This document shows, piece after piece, positions 1-9,925 of a DNA stretch of 64,000 bases. How positions within the stretch are numbered: the stretch's first letter is position 1; each line of letters starts with the position of its first letter. The DNA is taken from IMG/VR virus record IMGVR_UViG_3300009151_000034, positions 1 through 64,000 of that record, one strand, 5' to 3'. The notes beneath the pieces were generated by a model that worked only from the letters and a program-made list of their open reading frames with translations, was not told the DNA's origin and did not search any database. Origin of the DNA: a virus. Made by a program: the position numbers and the translations under genes.

Positions 1-169
1 CAACATTCAATGAAGCAACGTTTGCAAGACCAGTTGTGTTCAAGGTTGCTGTGTTAGTAGCTGCAACAACATTCAATGAAGCAACGTTTGCAAGACCAGT
101 TGTGTTCAAGGTTGCTGTGTTAGTAGCTGCAACAACATTCAATGAAGCAACGTTTGCAAGACCAGTTGT
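1..169. repeat. 66-bp tandem repeat (about 2.5 copies), coding
   Basis: caacattcaatgaagcaacg... recurs at 1, 67 and 133; a period of 66 bp equals 22 codons. Confidence 0.95.
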
Positions 170-223
170 AATAATTCCATTAGCAACAAGTGTATTCTTC
201 ACATTAAAATTGAAATCCGTCAT
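1..223 (-). CDS. 5' part of a repeat-rich tail fibre-like protein (runs off the window edge)
   Basis: Not in the ORF track. ATG at 223 reads MTDFNFNVKNTLVANGIITTGLANVASLNVVAATNTATLNTTGLANV..., a 22-aa repeat. An ATAAATA late-promoter-like motif lies upstream at ~261-267. Confidence 0.65.
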   Translation of the reverse strand, partial: MTDFNFNVKNTLVANGIITTGLANVASLNVVAATNTATLNTTGLANVASLNVVAATNTATLNTTGLANVASLNV

Positions 224-281
224 CTTGGTTCCCTTTCCCCAAAGATAATTCTATTATTTCTATTTATCTATAAAAAAATAC

Positions 282-310
282 TTGACATACCCAGTGATAT
301 CCAGTATAAT
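282..310 (+). promoter_or_regulatory. Consensus sigma70-type promoter, antisense to the late operon
   Basis: TTGACA (282-287), 17-bp spacer, TATAAT (305-310), with an A-tract upstream. Confidence 0.75.
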
Positions 311-331
311 CATTAATGTGAGAATGAGAAA

Positions 332-1420
332 TTATACGTTAATACCTTTGATGACATTGAAGTTGATTTGTGGTGCTTCAGACGTTACACCGCCCGTAGT
401 ATATTGAGTTATATTGAATGTTCCGGACCCAACTGCTGAAACATGTAAGTGGTATATGTTAGTTCCTGTTCTTTGGTTTAAAATGATCGTATCAGTGTTA
501 GCAACAAAGCTGTTAGTGACTGTGAACGTGGCTGGTGTGGTGGTTCCTGCTACGCTGGCCAAAGTAATTACACCAGAAGGTTTATTGATTGTGACACCCG
601 TTGTTCTTGATGTTAACTGAGTGACCGATCCTCCTGCGTTGTTTGTATATCCGATACTTCCTGTAGCAGTAACGTTACCACCAAAATATGTAATTCCGTT
701 AACCGATAAGAGATGAACTGGCGCAGTATTGCCGATACCTACGTTTCCTGTTGGAGTAATACGCATTCTTTCGTTGGCGATCAGAGTATTACCAGTGAAG
801 AAATTTAGATATCTTGCTGCCGCAGTTCCAATAGATAAATTGGTGTTCCCTGTATACAAATATCCATCTGATGGACCGTTAATTGTCCAGGTAGTAGATT
901 GTAAGAATCCATTTCCGTTCATACCTAGATCGATATAATTTGGATTTGTAGTAATTACACCACTAGTATCATTAACGATGATGTCAGCCGAAGCATTATT
1001 GCCGGTATTTGAATTGTAGATAGCGATTTCACCAAAGTTATTAGAATTTACAACATATTCTGCAACGGATTGATCGGTCGAATTATATCCTGAAGTGACA
1101 TTGAATGTGCTATTACCAATCGTAATTTTTCCTGAAATTGGCATAAAAATAAGAGTGCCGTTAGCAAATCCTTGTATCATAGGAATGCCAGAAATGTCTG
1201 CCACGTTAAATATCAGATTGGACATATCATTAACGATAGAAAACAACTGACCTGAAGTGCCCTCAAACGATAATGTTCCGTTTGACAGTGGATACATTCT
1301 CATATTAATATCAGTGTTAACCGACGAATTTGCACCAGAAAAATTAAGTGCTGGTGTTGTCGTATCAAGAGATGCTCCGATATTAGGAGTGATCAATATA
1401 TTTTTATATGAATTCGCCAT
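332..1420 (-). CDS. Tail fibre / virion structural protein
   Basis: N/T/S/G-rich, contains the ERMRITPTGNVGIGNTAP phage-fibre motif, and is preceded by TATAAATA. Confidence 0.65.
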   Translation of the reverse strand: MANSYKNILITPNIGASLDTTTPALNFSGANSSVNTDINMRMYPLSNGTLSFEGTSGQLFSIVNDMSNLIFNVADISGIPMIQGFANGTLIFMPISGKITIGNSTFNVTSGYNSTDQSVAEYVVNSNNFGEIAIYNSNTGNNASADIIVNDTSGVITTNPNYIDLGMNGNGFLQSTTWTINGPSDGYLYTGNTNLSIGTAAARYLNFFTGNTLIANERMRITPTGNVGIGNTAPVHLLSVNGITYFGGNVTATGSIGYTNNAGGSVTQLTSRTTGVTINKPSGVITLASVAGTTTPATFTVTNSFVANTDTIILNQRTGTNIYHLHVSAVGSGTFNITQYTTGGVTSEAPQINFNVIKGINV

Positions 1421-1447
1421 CGTTTTTCTTCTTCATTGTTTTTTATA

Positions 1448-1455
1448 TATTTATA
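1448..1455 (-). promoter_or_regulatory. T4-type late promoter TATAAATA
   Basis: Exact TATAAATA on the minus strand just upstream of the ATG at 1420. Confidence 0.7.
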
Positions 1456-2173
1456 CCAAATACCTACCACGAAGAGCAACAAAATTTTGTAATATTTGTT
1501 CATTTGATAATGCTGTGTTGTAAACATATACACTAGCAACGCTTCCGTTTAAGAATTGACGATACAAACCAGAATTTAATTCTGCTCCTACAAGAATAGT
1601 GGTGTATCCTACATTTTGTGGACCAGTGAAGTCAACGGTAGAATTTGCTAAAATCCCATTAACATATAATTGCCATGCAGCTCCTGTATACTTACCTACA
1701 ATATTATACCATGTATTCAATGTTAAATTTGAATATGCGTAAGTTGTTTTGTGATCAGTTCCTACTGTATTTGTTGTGCCGATTTCAAGAGATGCACCAG
1801 TAAAATTAAGTCTTAGATATGTTTGTTGCGATAAACCACCAACACCTGCACCAGTGGTATATATACTAGGTCGTCCACTAGTAGGATATGCAGCAATATT
1901 AACCCATGAAGAAACCGTGACGGATGTTGTTAATGCATTAATAACTGGGGATGATCCAACGTTTGCATACTGAGTTGTGCCATTAAAAGTAAAATATCCT
2001 TTATTACCAGTGTTATACGTAGGAGAAGCTATCAAAGTTGCATTGATAAAATTATTAGCTATGGCAACATCGGACCATAACGTTCCAGTCCCAGGATAAC
2101 TTCTGATATCAGCAGCATCAAGTTGCATGACTAGACCATCGGTAATAATTTTAGGGCCTTTATAAGCAGCCAT
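1451..2173 (-). CDS. LamG/concanavalin A-like lectin domain virion protein
   Basis: GLVMQLDAAD...SYPGTGTLWSD; WYNIVGKY...LYVNG; VYVYNTALSNEQILQNF. Confidence 0.8.
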   Translation of the reverse strand: MAAYKGPKIITDGLVMQLDAADIRSYPGTGTLWSDVAIANNFINATLIASPTYNTGNKGYFTFNGTTQYANVGSSPVINALTTSVTVSSWVNIAAYPTSGRPSIYTTGAGVGGLSQQTYLRLNFTGASLEIGTTNTVGTDHKTTYAYSNLTLNTWYNIVGKYTGAAWQLYVNGILANSTVDFTGPQNVGYTTILVGAELNSGLYRQFLNGSVASVYVYNTALSNEQILQNFVALRGRYLV

Positions 2174-4014
2174 TATACACCAAATCTTCCGCGTGTTGCA
2201 GTGAAATTTTGTATAACTTCATCTTGTGTTATTACTCTGTTATAAGTTCCAACCATCGCTATACCACCGCTGAAGTCGACAGCAACACCAGTAAAGAGGT
2301 TATCCGTCCCTATAAAAGTATTGGATTGGACTAAAGTTGATGTATTAAATGTATTTGTGAAAGTTCCTGTGGCAGATAATAGATTTCCGTTTAAATAAAA
2401 ATTTATCGTATTTGTTGTTTTGTTTATTGTAGTAGTCACAAAACACCATCGATTGTCCATGTTTGTTACCGCTGAAGATTGTAAATTGCTATATGCACTA
2501 GTTGATGGATTTATGGTTGTTAATAACAAATTATTATTAGACATATACAATGAATACCCATCCAGCGCACTAGTGTCAATATTGCTTATGATGGTAGGAA
2601 AACCTACTCTTGTGTTATCATAGATATAATATACCCATGCACAAATACTAAAAGCTGATCCGAAGGTATTTGATACGTTGGTATATGCAATACTAGTATA
2701 GGCATGAGGTGAGGTATAATTAAAATATCCTTGATTATTAGAGATAAAATTTGGGGGTGTTATATCAGACGTTGAACCTCCACCCGTTCCTATAAAAGCT
2801 TGTCTAGTAAATTGTGCGTTATTTTCTTTGCCACTTAAATCATTCCATTGTAAATAATTTGGAGTAACTTGAAAAATTGAATTGGCGAGTTGTGCAGAAC
2901 CATATATAATTCCAGTATTATCAAGTGCTAATTTTCCCACATAATCTTGAGCGTTTGCAATCGAATAAATTTCTTCAAAAACTCCTGCCGGTGTTATTTT
3001 AGAAATTAATTGAATTAATTTGTTGTCAACAAATGCACTAGACAAGGTATATAAATTATCGTAATAATCGATATAAAGTTGGTCAGCAATAACGGTTGGG
3101 TCGTTTATTGCTGAAGTATAAGTTAACATTACCCAATTGAGTGTGACCGTGGCTGTTGATATGTCGATAAGATGAATAACATTGCCAATACATAAGGCAT
3201 ACATATTATTTCCGGTGGAATCTACTACAAGACCATAAACATATTTATTTGTTCCAATACTTGCCCAAATTTGAGTCAAAACTCCTGCTGGTGTTATCTT
3301 AGCAATATCACCGTTTCCATATCCCAGATAGACATTTCCGGCCTGATCACAGACCATAGAATATATTCCTGAGTTTCCTATGACAGTTCCTAAAGTAACC
3401 CAAGGGTCTGTTTTATTTAATAATAAATCAAGTTTGGCAACCGTATAATTTCCAAAAGAAGACGAACATAAAATATAAGCAAAACTATTAGCAGTATCTA
3501 AGGTTGTTTGGTTTGGTGCGGCCTGGGCTTTTGCGTAAATAACACCACGCTCAGGGTTTGATGCAAAAGTAATATTGGTGAAAGTAGCCGGAGCATTATA
3601 TGGACCAGGAACATAATAAAGAGAGTTAGCCCCAGCCGACACAAAAACAAAAGAAGATGTTGCGTATGTTGGGTGTCTAGGATCAATACTGAATATTTGT
3701 GGGCCTGCTGTATTTACTGACAAAACATTAGTAGCTGTCCATAATATAGTGCCAGATTGAGTTGTGCTTTGGCTGACGACACTTATAAACCCATTGACGT
3801 TGCTTGGATCAGAGCAGCCAACAATAATATTACGGTTAACATCAGCATATAAATTAAGGGGATAAGTTAAAGTCCCAGTAGAAAATGGTAGGGGATCAAT
3901 TGTTTTTGGATTATTATAATTACTTGCTGCATTCGACCAACTTTTCAAATTACCAGCATCTAACAGCATAGTCAATCCGTTAGTAATTATTGAAGAACCG
4001 TGATATAACGTCAT
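2173..4014 (-). CDS. LamG-like lectin protein with a probable beta-propeller insertion
   Basis: Same termini as its neighbours (GLTMLLDAG; YNRVITQDEVIQNF). Internal D-x-x-G-N-x-Y / KITPAG repeats resemble NHL-type blades. Confidence 0.7.
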   Translation of the reverse strand: MTLYHGSSIITNGLTMLLDAGNLKSWSNAASNYNNPKTIDPLPFSTGTLTYPLNLYADVNRNIIVGCSDPSNVNGFISVVSQSTTQSGTILWTATNVLSVNTAGPQIFSIDPRHPTYATSSFVFVSAGANSLYYVPGPYNAPATFTNITFASNPERGVIYAKAQAAPNQTTLDTANSFAYILCSSSFGNYTVAKLDLLLNKTDPWVTLGTVIGNSGIYSMVCDQAGNVYLGYGNGDIAKITPAGVLTQIWASIGTNKYVYGLVVDSTGNNMYALCIGNVIHLIDISTATVTLNWVMLTYTSAINDPTVIADQLYIDYYDNLYTLSSAFVDNKLIQLISKITPAGVFEEIYSIANAQDYVGKLALDNTGIIYGSAQLANSIFQVTPNYLQWNDLSGKENNAQFTRQAFIGTGGGSTSDITPPNFISNNQGYFNYTSPHAYTSIAYTNVSNTFGSAFSICAWVYYIYDNTRVGFPTIISNIDTSALDGYSLYMSNNNLLLTTINPSTSAYSNLQSSAVTNMDNRWCFVTTTINKTTNTINFYLNGNLLSATGTFTNTFNTSTLVQSNTFIGTDNLFTGVAVDFSGGIAMVGTYNRVITQDEVIQNFTATRGRFGV

Positions 4015-4682
4015 ATTCCATATCTTCCACGCATAGCATTAAAATTTGTTTGTATTTCTGATTGAGTTAATGCACGATTATAAAGGGCTACTCTGTAAAA
4101 ATTTGCTGATACGGCGGCACCGGGTATGTCAGCTGTGCCCAACAATAAGCCATAGCCAAGAGGATTTACATATCTACCAACAAGAGAAGAATCGCGCAAT
4201 ACTCCATTAACATAAATGAACCCTGATTTGTTTTTGTCTACAACTATATCTAACGTGAAAGGTAATGAGTTTATATCTTGTGTTATATTTACAACATAGT
4301 TTGAAGACGGAGTGAAAAAAGTTACAGAAAAATGTGTAGAATCTATGACATTCACACAAAACCCCGAAACACTACCAAAATATGATCGGAAGAATATTAA
4401 ATAATTACTAGAAAATGACAATACTTTGGTCGTAAGGCTTAATGTGAATGGTAGGATAAATTGTAATGGTGAAGAAATATAACTCGTTGATCCGTCAGTT
4501 GTTATACTTTGTCCACCTGGGTATGGATTGGTGAATGTTGGGCTTCCTGTTAAAGTTAAATCGTTTCCGTTATTAGATAAATCACTCCATGTCGATCCAG
4601 TTCCGGGATAACTTTTAATGTTGGAAGCATCAGCCAACAAACTAAGACCATTTGTTGTAATACTTGGACCATACGATATCAT
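4011..4682 (-). CDS. LamG/concanavalin A-like lectin domain virion protein
   Basis: SYPGTGSTWSDLSNNGN; YNRALTQSEIQTNFNAMRGRYGI. Confidence 0.8.
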   Translation of the reverse strand: MISYGPSITTNGLSLLADASNIKSYPGTGSTWSDLSNNGNDLTLTGSPTFTNPYPGGQSITTDGSTSYISSPLQFILPFTLSLTTKVLSFSSNYLIFFRSYFGSVSGFCVNVIDSTHFSVTFFTPSSNYVVNITQDINSLPFTLDIVVDKNKSGFIYVNGVLRDSSLVGRYVNPLGYGLLLGTADIPGAAVSANFYRVALYNRALTQSEIQTNFNAMRGRYGI

Positions 4683-4683
4683 T

Positions 4684-5121
4684 TTATATTTCTACTTCTA
4701 GTTTTGGAACGTCTTTTCTTTCGGCATAGATTGTGTAGAAACAATTGATATCAGTATCTTCCGACCCAATTTGAATTTTTGTCTTCATAATTTTCTTGAC
4801 GAATAATTTTTGATGTTTTCCGTGGGGTGTTAAATCCACCGTAATACTGTTCAAATCAACAAGTTTTGACCAGTAATCAGGCAGCAATATAACATCATCA
4901 TTGACTAGTTTACCTCTGAAATATACGCCGTTTTCTGGACCCTCAAGACTTGAATATCTTAGCTGTTTGTTTTTCTTGGTTGGATGAGGAATCACGAATG
5001 ATTTTGTTACGGCGGCAAAGGAACCACTAACTTGTAACGTATATGCTGGTGTGGTTGTTCCTATACCAACATTGGCTCCATAAAAATATAAAGAACCTGT
5101 AGGTAAAAATAAATTTGCCAT
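4684..5121 (-). CDS. Tail fibre-associated protein (C-terminal chaperone-like domain)
   Basis: NVGIGTTTP plus KSFVIPHP...LRYSSLEGPENGVYFRG...LPDYW...AERKD, a motif set typical of fibre C-termini in large myoviruses. Confidence 0.6.
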   Translation of the reverse strand: MANLFLPTGSLYFYGANVGIGTTTPAYTLQVSGSFAAVTKSFVIPHPTKKNKQLRYSSLEGPENGVYFRGKLVNDDVILLPDYWSKLVDLNSITVDLTPHGKHQKLFVKKIMKTKIQIGSEDTDINCFYTIYAERKDVPKLEVEI

Positions 5122-5123
5122 TG

Positions 5124-5420
5124 TTAAGCATCAACCCATGCAGTAAATTGCTGGCCTGTTACTGCACCGTAAATAAAAGAGGTAGTTCCGGGAGCATCGC
5201 CATTAAATGATAATAGTCCACCATTTGCTGGAATTCTTATTGTTCCAGAAGCATTAGGTGCTGCGGTTCCAAAGGGATTCCACCAAAGATCGTTAGTTGC
5301 ATCAACATTACAAATAACAAGTTTTGTGCGGTTTAAATTTGCTCTTGTAAGAACTTGTGATACACCACCGGAAGAAATATTTCCTGATAAATTTATTGGT
5401 GCTGGTAATGTTAAAGGCAT
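5124..5420 (-). CDS. Hypothetical (probable virion) protein
   Basis: 98-aa ORF within the late operon, AAGGA RBS. Confidence 0.55.
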   Translation of the reverse strand: MPLTLPAPINLSGNISSGGVSQVLTRANLNRTKLVICNVDATNDLWWNPFGTAAPNASGTIRIPANGGLLSFNGDAPGTTSFIYGAVTGQQFTAWVDA

Positions 5421-5490
5421 AAAATTAATCCTTAAAATTAAATAATGGAATGAGAAAGAAATTACTAACCCATTCCATCATCATCACAAA

Positions 5491-6138
5491 TTAGACAGGA
5501 ACTTCTTCCCAAGCGAATGAAGCGAGTAATGAAGATGTTGCTGATGCTGCGGAAGTATAAAGGTGAATATAACCACCAGGAGGAATGATAATACCACCTT
5601 CGAAATCATAGAAAGAAGGAACGCTGGTTGCAACAGTTATAGCGCCAGTATCCACAACACCCAGAACCGTATCAAGAGTTGCCACGGCTGGTAATGTGAT
5701 AGAAGTGGAGGAAAAATACATCTGACCAGTTGGTGCAGGACCGTTAATGAATCGGTTCTTTGGATTAACAGAGGTTCCAGTAACAGCAGTAGTGGGGTGA
5801 AAACCAGTTGCAATACCAATAATAGAAGCCGCAGTTGGCTGGGCAAGAAGAAATGCATAACCAACCTTAGTAAGCACCAAATTGTATGCATTACCGATTG
5901 GATTATAAAGAACTGGCAAACCAGCTAATGTAGTGCTAAGACCGGCAGTTGTTGCAAAGGCAATTACAGCCTGCGTTGCACCAGAAAATAATGATTTACG
6001 ATAAGCAGCTTCGTAGTAACGACCATGAAGTTCCGAAACAATCTGGTCTCCCATGTTTCCGTAACGAGCAACTGTCTGAGAACCTACCGCAATCGAAGCA
6101 GTAGTAGCAAGTGGGCCAACCTGTCCTTGAATAATCAT
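5491..6138 (-). CDS. Hypothetical virion structural protein
   Basis: 215-aa ORF with an AGGAG RBS and TATAAATA at 6162-6169. Confidence 0.6.
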   Translation of the reverse strand: MIIQGQVGPLATTASIAVGSQTVARYGNMGDQIVSELHGRYYEAAYRKSLFSGATQAVIAFATTAGLSTTLAGLPVLYNPIGNAYNLVLTKVGYAFLLAQPTAASIIGIATGFHPTTAVTGTSVNPKNRFINGPAPTGQMYFSSTSITLPAVATLDTVLGVVDTGAITVATSVPSFYDFEGGIIIPPGGYIHLYTSAASATSSLLASFAWEEVPV

Positions 6139-6164
6139 TGTTTAAAGACTCCTTTAGTTTATAT

Positions 6165-6422
6165 TTATATGTTGAAGATTGATTGTTCTTGTCTGAATAC
6201 TTCTGGTGGATCAATTGAAGGCTGACCTGTTGCAAACAACCTTGGTAGTTCATAAAGTTGTTGATTCATAATTTTCATTTCCAAAAGAATAAGCGCCAGC
6301 AATTCTATCTGAGAACGACCTTCAAATTGAGTAGTATCCGTAACACTTTCGGCAGGCAATTGTTGTGGTGATTGCGCTGATGAAACCTGAGAAGTTATAT
6401 TGATTTGTTCAAAAAGTGCCAT
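6165..6422 (-). CDS. Hypothetical protein
   Basis: 85-aa ORF, co-oriented and closely packed. Confidence 0.55.
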   Translation of the reverse strand: MALFEQINITSQVSSAQSPQQLPAESVTDTTQFEGRSQIELLALILLEMKIMNQQLYELPRLFATGQPSIDPPEVFRQEQSIFNI

Positions 6423-6431
6423 TTATTTTTC

Positions 6432-7115
6432 CTAGGTCATTATCCAGCCGGTAGAATTCGCCGTCAAACTGAAAGCAGAATACTTGAACTGCATTACCAT
6501 GTTCGAAAACCCATCGATTTTGTCTGACCCTGCTGGTAAAATAGTTACTGCTCCCGTATTTATATTCTTAAAAGTCCAAGTCTTGCCTACATACGAAGAT
6601 GCTGATAATAAATTTACAATTATTGGAGAAGTTGAATTACACAATATTAAGTTGTCTGTGCTTAATATTGTGTAATTCGAAGTGATTGTAGTTATCGTTG
6701 TAAGTGGTGTTGAAGAAGACGAAGGAGTTGACCAATAAACGTTAGCAGCACCATTCGAAGTTAATACCTGACCAGTAGTTCCTTGTGACCCAACCGAATC
6801 AATAATGGAAATACCAGCACTGATTTTTACGTTAGCACCAAAAGTTGTCTGTGTAGTATTAGCAATAAATGTGGTTCCAACCGTATAAACAGCAGCATTG
6901 ATCGTTCCGGTAGAATAAACATTGACAAGACTGGAATTGCCTGTGATATTAAGCGTTGTATTGTTGGCACCAATTTCAAAAACTCTAGACCCATCAGTCG
7001 AGAAAAGAATACCGTCTGCCGTATTTAAGGCAAGTTCGCCCACAGCAAAACTAGCGGTAGATGGTCTAACACCGCTAGTTAAATTTCGTCTTATCTGGAA
7101 TACTGTGTTCGCCAT
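6432..7115 (-). CDS. Tail fibre-like protein with an Mtd-like N-terminal adaptor
   Basis: N-terminus FQIRR...VGELALNTADGILF; GQVLTSNG fibre motif. Confidence 0.6.
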   Translation of the reverse strand: MANTVFQIRRNLTSGVRPSTASFAVGELALNTADGILFSTDGSRVFEIGANNTTLNITGNSSLVNVYSTGTINAAVYTVGTTFIANTTQTTFGANVKISAGISIIDSVGSQGTTGQVLTSNGAANVYWSTPSSSSTPLTTITTITSNYTILSTDNLILCNSTSPIIVNLLSASSYVGKTWTFKNINTGAVTILPAGSDKIDGFSNMVMQFKYSAFSLTANSTGWIMT

Positions 7116-7129
7116 TTAATCTTTCTTTA

Positions 7130-7768
7130 CTAGTTTATGATCGAACTATCTTCCCAGTCCGTAATTTTTCTGAGTGTTTGTTTTTTCTTAGACTTATCAA
7201 GTAGTTCTATAATTTCTTTATATTTCACAAGTAATTTTTCATGCTCATCTTTAAGCTTTTGGTAATTCTGTTCGATATCAATTTTTTCCACCATCAAGTT
7301 AGACATTTTATAATTGTGTGCTTCACATTCTTGTTTTGATGTTGCAATTAATTCGTTATGAGCGTTATTTACAATGTCATAATTATTTTTATATGTTTGC
7401 ATATCATTCATAAATCTGGTGCGCTCATCCTTGACTTGAATAATGGCAGCAAGATGAGTAGCAGCGTCTTGTTCATAACGTTTCTTTTGTTCATCTAAAT
7501 CAGCACGAAGAGAGTTTATATCTTCTTCGTATTTAATTTGCATTGTATCACTAGCAGCAATTTTTTCGGTCAAATTTTCAATGGTGGCATCATCCTGAAG
7601 AGCTTTTTCTTTAAATTTGTTATATACTTCTTCTAGTTGCTGCATTTCAAGCACACGAATCGAAGAGTTTACTTCTGCTTCAATCCGTGCTTTAATGCTT
7701 TCAATTAGTAATTCTTCCTGACGTTTGATATAGCCAGAAATAAATTGTTCACGTTTATGTTGTTCCAT
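7130..7768 (-). CDS. Coiled-coil hypothetical protein
   Basis: E/K/Q-rich, heptad-like 212 aa. Confidence 0.6.
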   Translation of the reverse strand: MEQHKREQFISGYIKRQEELLIESIKARIEAEVNSSIRVLEMQQLEEVYNKFKEKALQDDATIENLTEKIAASDTMQIKYEEDINSLRADLDEQKKRYEQDAATHLAAIIQVKDERTRFMNDMQTYKNNYDIVNNAHNELIATSKQECEAHNYKMSNLMVEKIDIEQNYQKLKDEHEKLLVKYKEIIELLDKSKKKQTLRKITDWEDSSIIN

Positions 7769-7786
7769 AATATAATTTCCTTTATT

Positions 7787-9925
7787 TTAGAATGTTCCGC
7801 CGTCAAGTGTGCCATAAGCGGGAAGATTATTGATGATTTGTAATACTTGTCCGTTAGCTGCTGATCCTGGGACTGATAATTTACTTAGTGCTGTTGTGGT
7901 TGAAGCATAAAGAACGTCACCGACAACATATCCAGTCTGACCAGTTCCACCAGAAGTTGCACCAAGAGCAGTGGTAAGTGTTAATGAATTTGCAACGATA
8001 GCAGATGATACCGTGGCACTGGCTGTAATGTTAATTGCTGTTGAATTGACAACGAAAGCACCACCAACGCCCCAAGGTAGCAAAAATGCCTGTAGCGTGC
8101 CAGTATTTGCACTAGTATCAATGCTGGTGCCACTTGGTAATGTAGAAGTGCCACCAAATAGCTTGAAATATGGATTGGTATTAGTTGATGCACTAACAAT
8201 TCTTGCAAGACCAGAATAGAATGTGGTCGAAGTATTACCTGTTGGTATGGTAAATCCAGCATCTACAAAGTCAGTGAATGTAGTAGTAGTTGCCTGCTGA
8301 TCTGCCAATAAAATAACATTATCTTTTACTGACAAATTCGTAGTATCGATTGTAGTGACCGTTCCAGAAACACTCAAATTTCCAGATATTGACATATTCA
8401 ACACAGAAAGATTGGCAGAAGTAGCTGAAATCGATGTTCCAGTAAAGACTACGTTTTGAGTATTTGCAATAAATGCAGAACCGATAGTGAAAGATGCAGC
8501 ATTGACCTGACCAGCAGCAAAAACCGTTCCAGTGTTGACCGTTCCTGTAGTAACAAAGTTAGCAGCGTTTACAAGACCAGTAGCATAAACCGTTGCAGTG
8601 TTGACCGTTCCTGTAGTAACAAAGTTAGCAGCGTTTACAAGACCAGTAGCATAAACCGTTGCAGTATTTACGGTTCCTGTTGTAGTGAAATTTGCAGCAT
8701 TAACAAGACCAGTAGCATAAACCGTTGCAGTATTTACGGTTCCTGTTGTAGTGAAATTTGCAGCATTAACAAGACCAGTATGATATACTCCTATAGAATT
8801 GGCAGTAAAAGCACCACCACCAGCACTTAACAGAGAAAATGCAACTATGTTATTTGAATATACATTAGCATACATCAATGCAGTTGTGCCAATGTTCATA
8901 ACCACGTTAGTTTGTGGTGATACGTTTCCGGTTCCAGATATTGGTATACCTGCCATAGACAAAAGAGTATTACCAAAACCTACACCAGCAGGAATGTAAG
9001 AATGTGTATCCCAAGTTCCATTTGTTGTGCCGTTTGTTAGCAAAATGACTTTATAATAAGCACCAGAAGGAATATAAGGCCCGGTCGTAGTGGTATCATT
9101 ATAATAAATTTGCATACCGTTAGTAGTATTATTATTAAATTCGTAGTATGTTCCGTTCGAAAGACTCGTTGCATCAGGTAACTGGATAGATTGGGAAACA
9201 CTTCCTGTTATCAGCATATTTTGTGGGCTTGTGACAGTCAATACAACACGAGTGGCAGAAGAAACAATCGTGTTTAATTTCTGAACTACCGTGTTTGCTA
9301 CAACCGCAGTAACATAAACGGTATTTGTTGTGATTGAAGTTGTGTTGATAGTTGTTGTGCCTAGAGAATTGGCAACGATAACCTGTGGTGATGCTGTTAC
9401 GGTTGAGTTACCTGTTTGAATAACACCAGTATTTGCAAATGTTAAGGTTGGTGATGTTGTTGTATTACCTACCCATGTTATCGCCGCTGTATTGATGATA
9501 AGATTTGCGCCAAACGTGATGGTATTTTGGAAAGTCTGAGTATTTGACCAAATCCATTGATTGGCAGTATTAACGCCAGCCCCTGTTGGTGCTGCTGCCC
9601 AATAAGCATTTGATGTTGATCCACCAGAATAAAGAATCCAACCAGCAGTTCCTGTAACACCTGCACCGTTAGCTTCGATGAAGTTTACTTGGAGATTGGT
9701 AGTATATACTTTGTTGATACCAAGTAGGCTATTTGCAACAAGTGCTTGGTTAGCAGTCAATGTTCCTGGATTTTGATATCCCCCGATACGAACTATAGAA
9801 ACACCATCAGTCGAACCAATATAAAGAACATTTGCTGAGTTCGACCATGCTAGTTCACCCACAGCTAATGCTGTTGGTATCGCTGTTAGATTACTACGCT
9901 TGATTTGAATTAGATTATTTGCCAT
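7787..9925 (-). CDS. Long tail fibre-like protein
   Basis: N-terminus IQIKRS...AVGELAWS, internal 22-aa repeats, GNLSVSGTVTTIDTTNLSVKDN motif, C-terminal LDGGTF. Confidence 0.75.
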   Translation of the reverse strand: MANNLIQIKRSNLTAIPTALAVGELAWSNSANVLYIGSTDGVSIVRIGGYQNPGTLTANQALVANSLLGINKVYTTNLQVNFIEANGAGVTGTAGWILYSGGSTSNAYWAAAPTGAGVNTANQWIWSNTQTFQNTITFGANLIINTAAITWVGNTTTSPTLTFANTGVIQTGNSTVTASPQVIVANSLGTTTINTTSITTNTVYVTAVVANTVVQKLNTIVSSATRVVLTVTSPQNMLITGSVSQSIQLPDATSLSNGTYYEFNNNTTNGMQIYYNDTTTTGPYIPSGAYYKVILLTNGTTNGTWDTHSYIPAGVGFGNTLLSMAGIPISGTGNVSPQTNVVMNIGTTALMYANVYSNNIVAFSLLSAGGGAFTANSIGVYHTGLVNAANFTTTGTVNTATVYATGLVNAANFTTTGTVNTATVYATGLVNAANFVTTGTVNTATVYATGLVNAANFVTTGTVNTGTVFAAGQVNAASFTIGSAFIANTQNVVFTGTSISATSANLSVLNMSISGNLSVSGTVTTIDTTNLSVKDNVILLADQQATTTTFTDFVDAGFTIPTGNTSTTFYSGLARIVSASTNTNPYFKLFGGTSTLPSGTSIDTSANTGTLQAFLLPWGVGGAFVVNSTAINITASATVSSAIVANSLTLTTALGATSGGTGQTGYVVGDVLYASTTTALSKLSVPGSAANGQVLQIINNLPAYGTLDGGTF
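8516..8780. repeat. 66-bp (22-aa) coding tandem repeat, about 4 copies
   Basis: tagcataaaccgttgcagt at 8581, 8647 and 8713; protein unit VYATGLVNAANF(T/V)TTGTVNTAT. Confidence 0.9.

Noticed and set aside
1-169. Tandem 66-bp repeats as a CRISPR array
   Set aside because: The units are contiguous with no unique spacers, the period is a multiple of 3, and they lie in a minus-strand ORF.
36-248. Plus-strand 70-aa ORF and similar antisense ORFs (e.g. 10967-11692, 40105-40551, 52415-53218)
   Set aside because: Shadows of real genes on the opposite strand, with no RBS or recognisable motifs.
5445-5480. ATGGAATG...CATTCCAT inverted repeat as a terminator
   Set aside because: Large loop and weak U-tract inside a co-oriented operon; too uncertain to call.
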